Positions 1-13,302 are shown, counted from the stretch's first letter. The stretch: DNA of 64,000 bases from Camelus dromedarius (GCF_036321535.1 NC_087438.1:5334001-5398000), one strand, 5' to 3'. Notes: a model not told the origin generated them from the letters alone. Translations and numbers: made by a program.

Positions 1-204
1 TGGGAAAAATAACATTGAGGGTAAGAAGGAATTGCTTCAAATATGGAGACTTTTAAAGTAACAAGGGAATATTATGTAGAATATTTCACATTCAAAAATC
101 TAAACAAAATGAATAATTTTATGGGAAAATAGAGTCAGTAAAACATGACAGAAATGTGACGTATCTACTCCTAAAAATACTAAAAATAGGACCTGGGTTA
201 GGAA

Positions 205-430
205 CACAGTTGTGTGGACTTAAATCCTAACCGCACCACTTGATAGGGGTCTAACTTTGGGCAAGTTTCTCAACTTCTCTGGGCTTCAGTTTCTCTTTGG
301 GAAAATGAATAAGAATCAGTGCTGTCCAGGATTACATAATCATATAAAGTCTTCACAACAGTGCTCGACACAGTAAATATTCTATCATCAGATTATCATA
401 TTGTCACCATCATCACCATCACCCTCATTA
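205..430 (+). mobile_element. MIR SINE fossil, apparently within an old L1 fragment (about 1-650)
   Basis: MIR core 'ttgggcaagtttctcaacttctctgggcttcagtttctc...aaaatg' and a CAT/CAC-repeat tail. The A-rich flanks resemble degenerate L1 ORF2. Confidence 0.65.
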
Positions 431-2269
431 TCACCGGCTGGTTTTATAGCTGAGATTTACCAAATCTTCAATAAGAGATCATTCGTTAAATAGTTTCAGA
501 CCTAAGAAAAAGATGCCATGTTTCTGAAGTCAGCCTTATGCAGCTGGAATTACCTTGACACCAGCAAGGAACCAGGAGAGCACAGAGTCAAAGAAAACAC
601 ATCAGAACTCTCTTATAAAGATGCGGGAGAAAGATGGCAAACGAAATGAGTCACTCAGATGAGTCACTGAGACTCTCCTCGGTCACCGGAGTAACCCAAG
701 CCCACCACACCTCTGAGCTGTAGCCTGTCCTACACTCCCCTCCCGCCACATTGCCTGGCAAGCGGGAGGCTCTGAGAGTATGTGTTGGAGAAATGGTTAG
801 ACTGGGGCTTCTGACCGGGGACTGAGGACCAGAGGGATATCTGAAAGAAAGGAGGGTATTCGGGATAGGGGAGGCGAGGAGGCATACGGTCCTCACCTCT
901 GCGAGACTGTAAGCAGCTCAAAACAGGGATAACGTCTTACTGGTCTTCCTGCCATTACAGCCTAGCATGGGCCTGGCACAGGAGACCAGTCCACAATCCA
1001 GGCGTCTTTGGTATATAAACACCCTCCAAGCAGAGAGGTGTCTCATAAAATGTGAACAAATGTCATTATCAGGCCTGGTATTTGAAAGTGTCGTCTGTCG
1101 TGTCTGGAGATCACTCAGTACCCACTAAGTACATCATTGGGTCAGGCTCAAGTATACAGTGGTTTGAAGTCAAGGTTTTGTAGATCTTGCCCGACGTGTA
1201 ATCATCCCTCAAGATAGGGTAGGTGCCTGAGTGTGAGCCGAGTGGACCGTTCCCCTCCTGATGGGATTAGGAGGTTTACTCAGTTCGCTGAGGTTACCTC
1301 GTTTCCCTCCCCGCGGGACTCGCAGCTGTGCACCCGCTGGTTATTTCAGCTTGTTGCTGGTGGCATCTGAGTCGTCCATTCGCTGTATCGACGAGTCATC
1401 TCAGTGCCAGTCCTTCTGTCTCTTGTATCGCTAGCCAGCCCCACTGGACCAGGTTCCACTGTGGTCTCAGATACCACACGATCTCTTTGGATGTTTCATT
1501 TGAATTTCATCTCTGTTTATTCATTGTGGTTCACCATTTTTAATACCCCTGAACACATCTTCCTTTGGATTAAATGACAGTTTAAGAGGCCTTGAATTTT
1601 TTAACTAGTTAAATGGCCTCTCAGAAATGCATACAGTTCTTACAATTCTTACAAACACTTTTATCTACCTGTAACCTGCCAGGGGCAGAGTCTGTAACTT
1701 AGGGGGCACGTTTTCCACATGATCATCCACATGGATATTCATTGGTTGGTGCAGGTATGTAAAGGTCATGGCCGGGAAATCTTTGGGGAGCCTCAGTAAA
1801 CATTTAGCTGCATCAGTCTTGAAGGAAGTTGAATCTGGTTGGATTGTCCTGGGGAGAGCGAAGGCTCTGTCTCTAAGTGAGCAGGAGTGAAAACGGCATG
1901 AGGGCTTCGAGGGCATCGGTGTCAGGGACGAGGGCACCACGGTGGACATAGTCAAATGCGGTCATGAGAGTGCTGGTTGCTGGTTGCCGAGACAAGCCAT
2001 AAGAAGATAGTTTTTATTTCATGAAGAACTAATGTTTGCAGGACAGTTTTAATGAGTTGTAACAAGTGGGCCAGACACAACTGTAGACCCATTTTTCTAT
2101 GCACGTACCTTGGGTTTGTTTTTAACTCCGTTTTCGTTTCTCAACAAAATGAGTGAGGATCGAAGTCCTCATTTAGTAAAGTCCTAATTAAGCCAAAAAT
2201 ATGAATGATGGCTTTCCAGAAGAATGGGAAGTATCCCCACACTAACCTCTTCTTTTTGTTTCCTGGTAG

Positions 2270-2354
2270 AACGTCCATTCTTGGGATCTCCTTCGGAGCT
2301 GCGTTCCTCTCGCTTGCCTTTATCCTTTTCGTCTGCTTTGCGGGACAGCTTTTG
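2270..2354 (+). CDS. ADCY2: Adenylate cyclase 2 coding exon (human exon 15 equivalent), transmembrane segment
   Basis: Branch-like CACTAAC at 2240-2246, pyrimidine tract and TAG acceptor. 85 nt translating (K)TSILGISFGAAFLSLAFILFVCFAGQLL, matching recalled human KTSVLGISFGAAFLLLAFILFVCFAGQLL. Donor GTAGGT. Confidence 0.95.
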
Positions 2355-5300
2355 GTAGGTACTTCAAACATGGAACTTCCTTGAAAAGTGTGCTCGTTGA
2401 ATTAAAACTGATTTCTTGCTTAAAACAAGGAGCTTGTTGACTTACCATTTCAACAGATACACATCCCAGTAGAGAAACATGTACCCTTTATGTCACCAGC
2501 CCAGAGTACATGCACATCCAAGACACTAACTTGAAGGTTACTTGAAATGTGGGATGTCACACTCTAAAATCGTGTTTATGTTTATTTGTTTCTGTCAACC
2601 TTTTCTATTAGATCCTCTTAAGTTTTCGGACTATTTATAGTAGCACATACTAGTATAATAGGAAGTTTTTAGTGTACGAGGGAATTAAAATTGAAACCAA
2701 ATGTGTCTTCGATGTCGGCTTTCAAGGTATAAAACTTTGGAAAATATGAAAATAGCAAATGTAGAAATATCTCTTATTAGTGTTTTAATTTAAACCAATT
2801 ATGGTAAGTGCTTATGGTTTAAATGCTAGTTCAGGATGTAAGAATTAAATTGGTAAGTGTATTCTTGAGTCTAAAGCAAGTGTTGTGGGGTGGCCCCAGC
2901 TCCCTGAGAGCATCCTGAGAAAGCCAACAGTGAGACAGAAGCCCCGAAAGGTAGTCAATGTTTTGTTTTGATCATTGGAGATGACTTGAAACAGGAGAGG
3001 ATACCCTGAACCAGATTCCAAGCTCTGGGTGCATCTGACCTGATACGTGAAATCATTTTGCCGAAAGGGGTTAAGATGCCAAAATATGTCTCTGCCTCTC
3101 AGCAGTGGACATTCTGCCTCCTCTGCCTTGTCCTTTGCAAACTTGTGTGGGTTTTGTTTGCTATGTCATAGTTTGGGTGCTTCAAATTGGATTGAAAACA
3201 CTTCCAAAAGTGAGACTGTGGTTCTGATTTCCACAAGTACACACATGGCATCTCAAGTCTCTTAACAATCCCCTGAAGACCTTGTGGGTTGTAGAGAAGA
3301 CTGAGGAACCACTGACCCATGAGAATCCTGGCCAAGTTCTAAGATACAAGGAGTTCTGAATAGGCAAGGAAGCCTGATAGATTTCTATGTTCAGATTTTC
3401 CTTGGGTGGAAAAGCACACAGACTCCACTCTCTGTCTTCCTGGCCCCTCAAAGGCTCCTGCAGCCCGTTTTTCAGGTTTGCAGGTAGGAGCTATCATTTG
3501 TGGTTCCACTGGAAATCCAAACCTTGTTCTGATTAAAGCAGCATACGTCATTGTGTCTAAGTAGCCATACATCTCATTTTCTATTGCAAGGAATCCAGTC
3601 TTGGGGGTGGCAGGAGTCTAGCTTGTACTCAGGGTTTCAAACTGGCTTTTCCTTTCACTGTCTGAGTTGCTATGGAAAAGACACACAGGGCTGGAGGCTC
3701 GGGAGAGTCTCCAGAGCATCTTTGCTGCCTTGGTGGGATGCTTTGCTCTTCTGTACTGTCTCCCCTCCCCGCCCCGGTAGAATCTGACCTGACTGTTGAA
3801 TTTTCTGTGGCTCTTGGTCCCTCCTGGACCTGCTGAGGGTGCGTCAGAGTGATCAGGATCCAACATTTCTCAGCTCCTGGTCCCTCCCATTCCCCGGGGG
3901 CTTCCCAAGACTCTGACACCCACACACCAGATGCTAGGAAGTCTTTTTAACTCTGTGATGTCTCAAGGAGAATATTTCAAGGCTGCTAATGACCTGGTGT
4001 TTGCCTCCTCCTTTCAAGAAGCCTGTACTTGGCCAGAGCGGTCAGGAAGACTAGACTTGAAGACATCTGGTCTTTCTAAACTTCAATCAGTAGGACCCGT
4101 GACTGTGTCTCCCCCCAGTGACCAGCTGACATCTGGTCCAGCTGAAATCCTGGTAAAATTCAAGAAGGAATTCTTCTTAGTCCAGTAAGAGGTTCTTTTC
4201 ACTCTTTAAAACACACTGTAAGGATTTTTTTTTTTAATTTCTACATCAAGCATAACAATAGCAGCCAATGCAAGAAGGCTTTAAGTGTGCTTTCTATGCT
4301 GCCCTCCAAATTCAGTCGAAAACTACATGGATCACCTTTGAGACTTTGGTTAAGCCTTCTCCAAGCCACAGTTTCTTCACATGGAAATTAGAGATCAACC
4401 ATCTTCAGAGCCTCTCAGGAGGACTGGAAATACTCAGTGTTACAGACCAGGCAGGGTTCTAACAGATTCTCAGCAAACTGCAGCTCTATTATTTTCCAGT
4501 GCTCCGCATTTTAGAGTGCCTATTCTTAGAAAGTTTCAGACAAACCCCTTTTTTTTTAGACAAGAGACAACAGTACTAGCTTTATTTTTTTAATATGAGT
4601 TCTCACGGTGTTTAGAACAAAGATCACAATGATAAATGCTTGCTTCTGTGTCTAAAAAATATTACCGTTCTTACATGTGACATTTAATGTGAACTTGTTT
4701 CACTCTACAAAGAGTAAATTTAAATTGAAGAAAAAGAAAAGCTACACATATCACAAACATCCCAGAGTGCTCATGGAGAAGTATGAGGTTTTATTATGAT
4801 TTGATTTATGGATTAAATACTGAGTTTATGAAAGAACACGTAATATCCTAGACTCATCTTGTACTAACATATGTTGACCTTCTAGAAACTTAAATGCCAA
4901 AGGCAGTATCAACGCTAATATCCGTCTTAAATTCTCTGAGAGGAGAATGAAATTAAAATACTTCTGTCAAGGATGTTAAGAAAAAGTAAGCCTGACAGAC
5001 AGCTTTCCGCTAAGATACTTACCTTTATTATCCTCCATTGCACAAAAGTGCAGCACAGGGAAATAAAGTTGACTGGTCGTTATACAACTGTGTTTGATAA
5101 AAAGGTAGAGAAACATCAAAATGGGCGAAAACTAAGACTGATGATGAAATGGAATTTTTCCCTGTTGATTAAAAAACACACACAGCTCGCTCTTTGGTGA
5201 CACGTTCTGGAAAAAGTGTCGGAATCTATTTGTTACTATGATGGCGTGAGAAGCCCAGCCTCTCCTCTCCCTCGGGCACCCGCAGCCCACCCCCATCCCC

Positions 5301-6754
5301 CGGTGCCTCTCCCCGCAGCGCTCGCCCCCTGCCCCAGGCCGCCCGCTTGTCAGGTCTTCCCCCGGCACCGCGCTGGCCCCTGTGACGGGGCTTCTCCGGC
5401 GCCCTGGGACTTGGGATCCGCCGGGTAACTCAGCACTTGATTGCATAGCGTCTCATTGGCCCCCTCTTTTTTCTTTTGGTGAACGTGACTGCTGGTTCCC
5501 CTTGCAGAGCAGGTTCCTTAAGGCCAGGATTGCTTCCTACACTTGCTTCCTGTCTCCCAGCGCGTCCAGCAGGATGCTGCCGCATAACTGTGTTTACAGT
5601 AAGCATCGCTAAGCAGAAGCACTGCTGGATTCCCGTCATTTCCATCAGGTGCCTTTTTCTTCCGCCACTCACCGGGCTCCACATAACACCTCCACTGTCT
5701 CCCCAGCACCCTGTTCATCCTCAGGCAGGGTTAGGCGTCCCCTGGGAGCACGAGTGAATCCTTCTTTCTCCAGATGCCCTGGCGTGGGGACGGGCTCTGT
5801 GTGCAACTGAGTGTGTGAAGGAGTGAATGGCGGTTCACGGCCGCCTTCTTGCCGCGCTGAAATCCCTTCTCACGCATGTCACGGGTCCTTGACGCTGGCA
5901 TGCTTCGGGCTGGATCCTCAGTTGGAAATGATCTTCCAACCTTCATAAACCGACTCTGAAGAGCCCGCCTTTTCCACCACCAGCATCCCCAGTGCCTGCT
6001 GGTCAGCCTTCCTTTTTCCTATTCTGAGCTCTGTTCTTTTAGACAAAAAAAATCATCAGCCCTGTTTTGTTCATTGTAGCCCTTCGGGCACTTGAAACAC
6101 GAGCTGAATATTAATATCATTCGCTGGAAGGCAGGTTGGGTTGCAAATGCAACCTGCTGGCACCACTGCTCAGAGACTCTCCCACCCAGACTTGATTTCT
6201 CCCAAGCTCGCAGCTCTGAATTCAGCTCACAGTCACTGCATGCCTGCTCCAAATTCTGGCAAGTTCCTGGCATCCTGCCCCAGCATCCTGTGTCCTCACT
6301 TGTCAGACTGCTTTAGCTGCCTCCACATCGGTGCCTTCATGAGGTCCTTAGCTTTCTCCAGATGCTGGTTAGCATTTCAGAACTGCAAACCTGAGAAGCG
6401 AAAGGAAGCCAAGAGATAACGTTTTCTGGCCCGCATTTTGTGAACGAGGGACCCAGGACTCTGGAGATGCCATGCACTTCGGTGAGTTTCCGTTTCTACT
6501 TATTGAGAAGAAAGGTCTCCCTCCGTGAAAAACGATGCAGGAGGTGTCAGCATCCTCTCTTGAGGACGGAGATGGAACCTGCAGCTCAGGAACATGAATG
6601 TGATGACCATAAGGCCTGCAGAGGCTTCCTGTCCTTGGATAAGAACCTTCAGAATCAGCATAAATGGCTTATAATGGGCAAAATCCCATGACTAGTTCTG
6701 TATCTGACCTCATCGCAGTTTACAGGTAATAAATGTTCTGTTACATTAAGAATG

Positions 6755-6950
6755 ACACTTGCTCTGCCAGGCATTTTCTATACACTGGCTCGTTTATCTT
6801 GTTCAGTTTTCCCTTGCTGTACAGGTGTGTCCTTGGAGGGGATGCTCATTCTACAGGCAACAAAACAGAAGCTCTCAGAGGCTACAGAACTTGCCTGTGG
6901 TATATAGCAAGGAAGGTTTTGAGCCATTGGAAACAAGCTTTAGAACCCTA
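6755..6950 (-). mobile_element. Degenerate MIR interrupted by a 36-bp duplicated segment
   Basis: 'gccaggcatt...ctcgttt' and 'cattctacaggcaacaaaacagaagctctcagaggctacagaacttgcc' resemble the antisense MIR core. Confidence 0.5.
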
Positions 6951-7998
6951 GTAGTTAAAGGGAGGCAGGTTCCAGAGGGTGCCAGGCTGTGTGTGGAGGG
7001 TCACTGGCAGATACGTGCTCGGAACGAGGCAGGGATTCCACATGCGAGGTTACGGGCCATCATGGCACTGAGGTTGTCTGGGGGTGGGGGTGACTGCTAA
7101 GCACCAGTTGGTCAAAATGACATAAATAAGTGAAGATAATCTAACGTAAAACCTAATTCATAGTCTCCTCTTCTCTCGTTTTCTAATATATTCAGCTGGT
7201 GGCCCAGTTTATGTAAAATTGGAATCTGGGCAAGGTATAATTCCATCTTCAAAGACATTCAGTAAAAATGGGGGGAAAAGTTAACTTATAAGTGGATTTA
7301 GGCCCTAAAATATTCTAGAAGGTATTCTTAACAGAAACACTTCACAAAATGTTTTCACATATATGAGAGCCCTACAAAGTGTTTTCATGATATATTTTTT
7401 ATTTGATAATCAAAACAGTCCATTTTTTCTAAGTAGAAACTAAGATGTAGAATAAGAGATTCAAGTTAACGTTTTCATTACCATCAGCAAGAAAAGGTGA
7501 GAATAGCTGTCGTCAGCATAGGAGTAATAAATGCATTTTCGCTGCCAAATGTAACTTTCTAAACCGCCCAAAGTAAAGTTCCCTCTCTGTGACAAATACA
7601 AGAGATGTAACCATAAATAACATAAATAACACACACACAGAAACCTCCTTGATAAGATGTCTTTTAGATGACGTGTGCCCGATTCAGCAAATGAAAATGT
7701 TAGAGAATGTCAGGGGAAATTTTTCTCTCTGTGGTTTTCTTGTGCTTTGTGTAGCAGAGCTAATATGCTGTCAGCCCACCAGCCTTGTTCCAGGCAGAGC
7801 TGAGAGCACAAATACACAGACAGTCCTGGGGAAGGGAAGTAGGTCACACACCAGCTGATAGAAAAGCGTTCTGCCCACAGGAGCGTTTTTCCCTTGAAGT
7901 CTGTGTTCTCTAATATCAATATAACTCTGTCAGGTTGTTATATTCCCAGTGTCCCTTTTCCCATCTTGTTCAGTTTTCCCTTGCTGTACAGGTGTGTC
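6796..7998 (+). repeat. Perfect 36-bp direct repeat pair (6796-6831 and 7963-7998)
   Basis: ATCTTGTTCAGTTTTCCCTTGCTGTACAGGTGTGTC is present twice, 1167 bp apart. Confidence 0.95.
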
Positions 7999-9300
7999 TC
8001 TTGTAAACAGCATCTAGGTGTATGTTACATTCTCTGATCCGAGAGTCTCTCTCTTTTACCTGGCGGGAATAATACATTTACGTGTATTATAATTATTGCT
8101 AGTCTTATCTTGCTTTTTTCAGTCTGTCATATGTGTTCTTTGCTTCTACTTATTTTTCCTCCTTTCCTACCTTCTCTTGGACTAATGGAGTGTATTTATT
8201 CTCCTTTTTTCCTGCTAGTGACTTGACAGTTATATATTCTAGTCTTGTCTTTTAGCAATTAACGTAAAATGTGTAACATGCACATGACTAACAGGGCCTA
8301 TTGTTAACTCCATCTTTCTGTTGAAGAATACAGCGGCCATGCTCTAAATCTCTAAATCTGATCATCCTTTTTCATTCTCCTTACTAGTGTTATTTAGATA
8401 TTCCTAAATTTAATCAATACATTGTTATTATTCATTATTATCACTATTCTTGCTTAACAATCTGTCTGTTCACCATTCTTCTGAGTATCATTTTTGCCTC
8501 CAGGACTCAGTGTTCATATTTCCATAAGATTATTCCTTTGTAATCCTTTCCGTGAGAGCTTTGCATAATCTACCCAATCCACTTTTGTATTAAAAATAAC
8601 CTTCTTTCCTCATTGACTAATAATTTATGATAACTTTTCTAACATTTTTAAAACCTGAGTCCATATTTTCCTGGATTTTAATATACTGAGGGGAGATCTA
8701 CAGTCTCATTGTTGTTCCTTGATAGATAATGTCTTTCTTCTGATTGTTTTTGTAGGACTCGCTCTTTGTCTGTCCTGGGTAATAGATTCCTTGTCTTAAG
8801 GATAGGTTTACTTTCATTTTTCCTGTTTGCAACTCAATGCATCATCTCAACCACAGAGCTCATCTTCTGCTCCAGGTTCACCAACTTGTTGCCCCATGTT
8901 TCCTTGTATTTTGCCTCTTTCCAAGTCTTTCTGTTCTTGTTTCCTCAAACTTTCATTACAAGTATGTTGAATCTTTTTATTTTACACTCTGTGCCTCAAC
9001 AACTCTTTTATACTTTTTATCTCTATGCTTCTGTTTTTCCCTCAGAGCTGAGTGTTTTAAGTTCAGTATCTACATGTTGATCGCTGGAGAGTCTATGGGG
9101 CTCATTTTTAAAATATACCTGTTACTTTCTCTTAACTGGTCGTTCATTATGAACTCTAATCTGTCTTTTATTAATTTAATCTTATTTTATAGACTATTTC
9201 AGATTGATATAATATTTGCAGATCTTATAATACTGATTCTAATGTCTGTTATTTCTGTTGATTCCTCCTTGTATGGTCCATTGCCTTATGTAGTTCATAA
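7870..9300 (-). mobile_element. Ancient L1 (L1M/L1ME-like) fragment, antisense
   Basis: T-rich tract with typical antisense L1 motifs ('tgtgtctcttgtaaacagcat', 'gtctcattgttgttccttgatagataatgtcttt'). Boundaries approximate. Confidence 0.6.
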
Positions 9301-9824
9301 CTTTTGTTTATTGTGGGGTCATCACCCAACTGGGACACGCCCTGCACCCTGTGATATAAAGTATCATTTGCAAGCAGTGTTGTTCTTGATTCTACCAGAG
9401 CCTCAAGGACTGTCTCTGGTTTTTGGTCTGACTGAAAACCATCTAACTTGAGATTCTCATTATGAAGCAAATAACGTGGTTTCAAAACCAATGCCCATGT
9501 TTAGAGTTTCAATTATCACTGGAAGCTTATTGATACTTCCTTGACCTAGTGTACAGAGTTCTTCTAGACTTTCCCACATGAAGAGAACAACCTTCTGAAG
9601 CTTCTGGTCTTATTCATGGGTCTTGGTCGCAGCTGCCATTTTTTTCCAAGCCCAAGGCAACACCTTTCCCCTGTGGGTATTAAAATCCTAAGTCCTAGGT
9701 GATGTCCAGTTCCTGGACATTCCTGGACCAATCCCACAGCTTCAGCCCCTCTAGCAGTGACCTACTTCTTTGTTTCGGCCCCCTGGGAATTCCTCTTCTG
9801 GTCCTTCGTTAAGACAGTGAACTT

Positions 9825-9990
9825 ATCGAGCAAGCATCTGTTGAGTTCTGACTATTTGTTGGACACTGTGCTGCCTCTGGGAACACAGAGATGGGTGTGA
9901 GGTGGTCATTGTCCTCAACCACCTCTCCATGTGGCCAGAGACAAGCATGTCAGCAAAAATAACACAACGTGGACAATGCTGTGAGTGCCA
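9825..9990 (-). mobile_element. L2 LINE 3' fragment
   Basis: 'caagcatctgttgagttctgactatttgttggacactgtgct...ctgggaacacagag' matches the antisense L2 3' end pattern. Confidence 0.55.
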
Positions 9991-12384
9991 TGCAGTGGGT
10001 GAATAACCAAGGAATATGGCTCACCCAAGGCGGGCAAAAGAAACAGGTTGATTTTGTAACACATGACTGATTGGAGTAAAAGTCTGCAGGAAATCCAAGT
10101 ACAAATAAATAATTAAAGTACACACATCAGTGTCTGTGACATTGTGTCAAGCAATTATTGCTGCAGCTTGTTGCTGCCATTCAAAAAGACAGCCCTTGCC
10201 CAATTAAAATGCCAAAGTAAATGTTCCTTTAGACAAATACACAAAAGTGCATGTTTATATGATAAACTTCACCATACTTTTCAGGCAAGATTTTTAAGAT
10301 GAGGTCTGTTTTTCTAATATTAAAAGTTTGTCCCTCAGCCACTATGACATGCTTACAACTCTCTGAGATGTTTTCCATTTAATTACACTTCACTTTATAT
10401 AAGCATCTACTTCTTTTTCAGGTACCTCATTTTATTACCATTCAAAGGAACACTAATGAGATTGCAAACACAATCTGCTTTTATAATTGTTACATTAAAT
10501 TATGAGGAATTTTAGAATGAGCGACCACCAGTTGTTTCCATTGCAAAAGGTGAAAAAAAAAAGGAAGGAAGGGAAAATATTTTTGATGGGGATATTTTTT
10601 CTTTTTTTTCTTTTTTTTAATCCAAAATGCAGTGTCTGAAAGACTTATTTTTGCTTGGAGAACTTTCTGCCTGTACTGAATGAAGGGCATTAGCATTCAT
10701 CCCACACCCTTTCTAGCCACCCACACTGCTCATCGTCCCCAGTGCCAACCCCATGATAGGGTTTCACATAAATTTATATTCTTTCTCCTTTTACATCTCC
10801 CACCACAGTTAGTACCAACTCTGCATACATCACTAGATGGATGTGGTATTAACAGCCAAGAGCATTTCCAGAAGGTGCACAGTGAGCTCGCCGTAAGTAA
10901 TAAGAAGCAATCATAGGATACAGTGAGCCTCACTGATGATCAGGACAGGGAGAAATTGGATTTGGCTGGAATGATGCCAGTGATTACACCAAAGATCAAG
11001 CAGAATGAATACACTGAGCTCCGAGCAGGCATGCTCTCATTTTCATATGAATAGCATCTCCTGAATAAATGCCAAAATGGCCTTTGAGATGTTATTTAAA
11101 ATGTTTCATTAGGATGGTATAAATTCTGATAAACTTATTTTTCCATCAGGGACTTTATTACAATACTGAACCCAAAAGAGAATAAACTGAAGAAAATGAT
11201 CATGTCAAGACCCAAGTTGTAACTTTTATTCAGAGCTGCAAATGGAATCAATGCCCCCATTTTTCCCCCAGTTTCCTTCTGTTTTAAGGTCTTAGGCTTT
11301 TTTCTCCTTTTCTCCCACCATTGGTTTCTTCTCTTCCCTCTGACTTCTTTGTCTCCCTCCTCTTCCTCCCTCAAGGTCGTTATAGTTCAGGGTCACATCT
11401 CCATCATCTTCTTCTGTTTCCTTGTCACTGGCAGTGTTACCAACTTTCATATTTCAGAAGTTTTATTTCCTTTGCCTCTCCTCAGTGATGAGATGGAAAG
11501 ATGGGGGAGGCTGCCTGCCTCTGTGACCTGGCGAATGATGAGTATTTGGCATAATAGGTTTAAAAACGATTGCATGGTTGGGGGCGGGGGGTGGGGAGGG
11601 CTGGGAGGCACATATGAAGACAAAGCAGGAGAAAGAATTGTACTTACTGCATCCTGAGTCTGTTGTCCTGAACCCAGCAGGTGCCAAACCCACGTCTTTA
11701 GTGACTAGTTCCAGCTGTTGCTCTTTGCGGGGCTGAAGAGGATCACGACAGTTTTCCAGGACAGCCTCCACGTGTACGGGAAGTAGGAAGAGGCAGTAGT
11801 TTTTAAGGCCACCAGTTTGTAATTTTACCCAGTGTGTCACAGGAGCAGAAAAAAATCATGTGTGTCTGCCCACAAGAGCCTATGAGCAGAGTAGGCCATA
11901 TTCCTATTAGATGGTGTATTTGACAATATTGTCACCATGCTGTATTCTAAAAACACAAACAGTAATTTCTTAGATTTCATAATCTCAATACAGTGCCTGT
12001 GTAATAACTAGATACTGTTTTACCTAATTGACTGTGATGTGGAATCTGAGCTGGATTTGAATATTCTCCTAAAGTAGTAGTATTGTGGTTTCTGCACTTA
12101 AAATTGCTATTATCATCTTTATGGACAGTTTCTGTATACAGACACAAAAGCATCGATCTTAACAATTTTCTTTTAAATAAGAACACCAGCCCTACTCAAT
12201 GAGGGTGCAAGTACATAAATGTGGTCTGCAGCTGCCAGGATCCAGGCAGAGGCCTCACCTCCTAATGGGACGTGAGCTAGGCGGCCGCGACCTTCTGTTT
12301 GGATCTCCACTCCTTACACTCGCTGTGGCTTCTCCTCCGCAGATCTGCCTGCGGGCTGTGCTATCAGTGTTATTCAAAGCATTC

Positions 12385-12490
12385 CATTCTAGGTAGAGAC
12401 CACATACTGTTTATCCACTCATCTGTTGATGGGCACTTGTGTTGCTTGCAACTGTTGGCTATGGTGAATAACCATGCAGTGCGCTAAACA
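12385..12490 (-). mobile_element. Short L1MB-like 3' fragment
   Basis: 'accacatactgtttatccactcatctgttgatgggcacttgtgttgcttgca' is a typical antisense L1 segment. Confidence 0.7.
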
Positions 12491-12691
12491 ATAATGCTAA
12501 ACACTTTTCCTCCAGCTGGAGGACCCTGCAAGATATTGCATATTCAGAGCATTAAACGGCACTTTGTTGGATGATAGAGTTAAGGCCACCACCAACCCCC
12601 ATCTGAGCCCTGCTCTGGGGAAGAAGCTTGAGGCATAAATCTGGCTCCTTCAGAGCTATTGATGGGAAGATGCTCTGCAGAGCCCGGCTGA

Positions 12692-12708
12692 GGGCGCCCC
12701 CTGCTGCC
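12692..12708 (-). promoter_or_regulatory. Candidate CTCF binding site
   Basis: Reverse complement GGCAGCAGGGGGCGCCC has one mismatch to the CCASYAGRKGGCRSY core. Motif match only. Confidence 0.45.
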
Positions 12709-13074
12709 AGCCATCCCTTCAGCTCCTGGCCGCCTCTGGAACCCAGGGCGGCACTGGTCCATTCTCCCGGACAAGAATGGAGGAGAAACCAGAGAAGGAC
12801 CCGGGAGAATCCACCCAAGCCGTGAGCCCTAAACACCGTCCCGGGATCCTGCGCTAGTGGGGGCTGTGCTGTAGACAGCTACTCTGTATCTCTTTATATC
12901 AGGAACTGGAGTAAGAACAACTGCAGCAGAAGGAAGGGGGAAAATGGTCCTTTGTTCATCCAGATACAAAGCAAATAGATGTTTCGTCCTTAGGCTTCTG
13001 AGAAGTATTATGTTTTCCTCACAAATAGAAGAAGCAGCGCTAACTCCTGTGTCCTGTTCCGGGCACCTTGTGTA

Positions 13075-13200
13075 GCTCACTGAAGTCTCCTAAAAGACCC
13101 AAAAGGTATTATGCTACTCATTTCAGAGATGAAGAAACTGAGGCCAGAGAGGGTAATTAACTTGCAGAAAGTTTCACAGCCGTCGGGGTGTGACCCTCAG
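13075..13200 (-). mobile_element. MIR fragment
   Basis: MIR core 'catttcagagatgaagaaactgaggccagagagggtaattaacttgc'. Confidence 0.7.
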
Positions 13201-13302
13201 CCACAGGGATCCTTACCTTTCTAAGCCCCTCTCATCCAGAGTTACACAATCTCAGTTCATTGTTATATCAGCGGTTAACTTACTGCCATGCTTGTGTCAG
13301 TG

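Noticed and set aside
8837..9451. 204-aa ORF
   Set aside because: Lies in T-rich antisense L1 sequence, has low-complexity L/F/I composition, no recognisable domain and no splice support.
10411..10427. Other AG|GT recursive-like sites (ttctttttcag|gtacct here; also near 45361)
   Set aside because: The reconstituted donors are poor matches to consensus, and such motifs are expected by chance in long introns.
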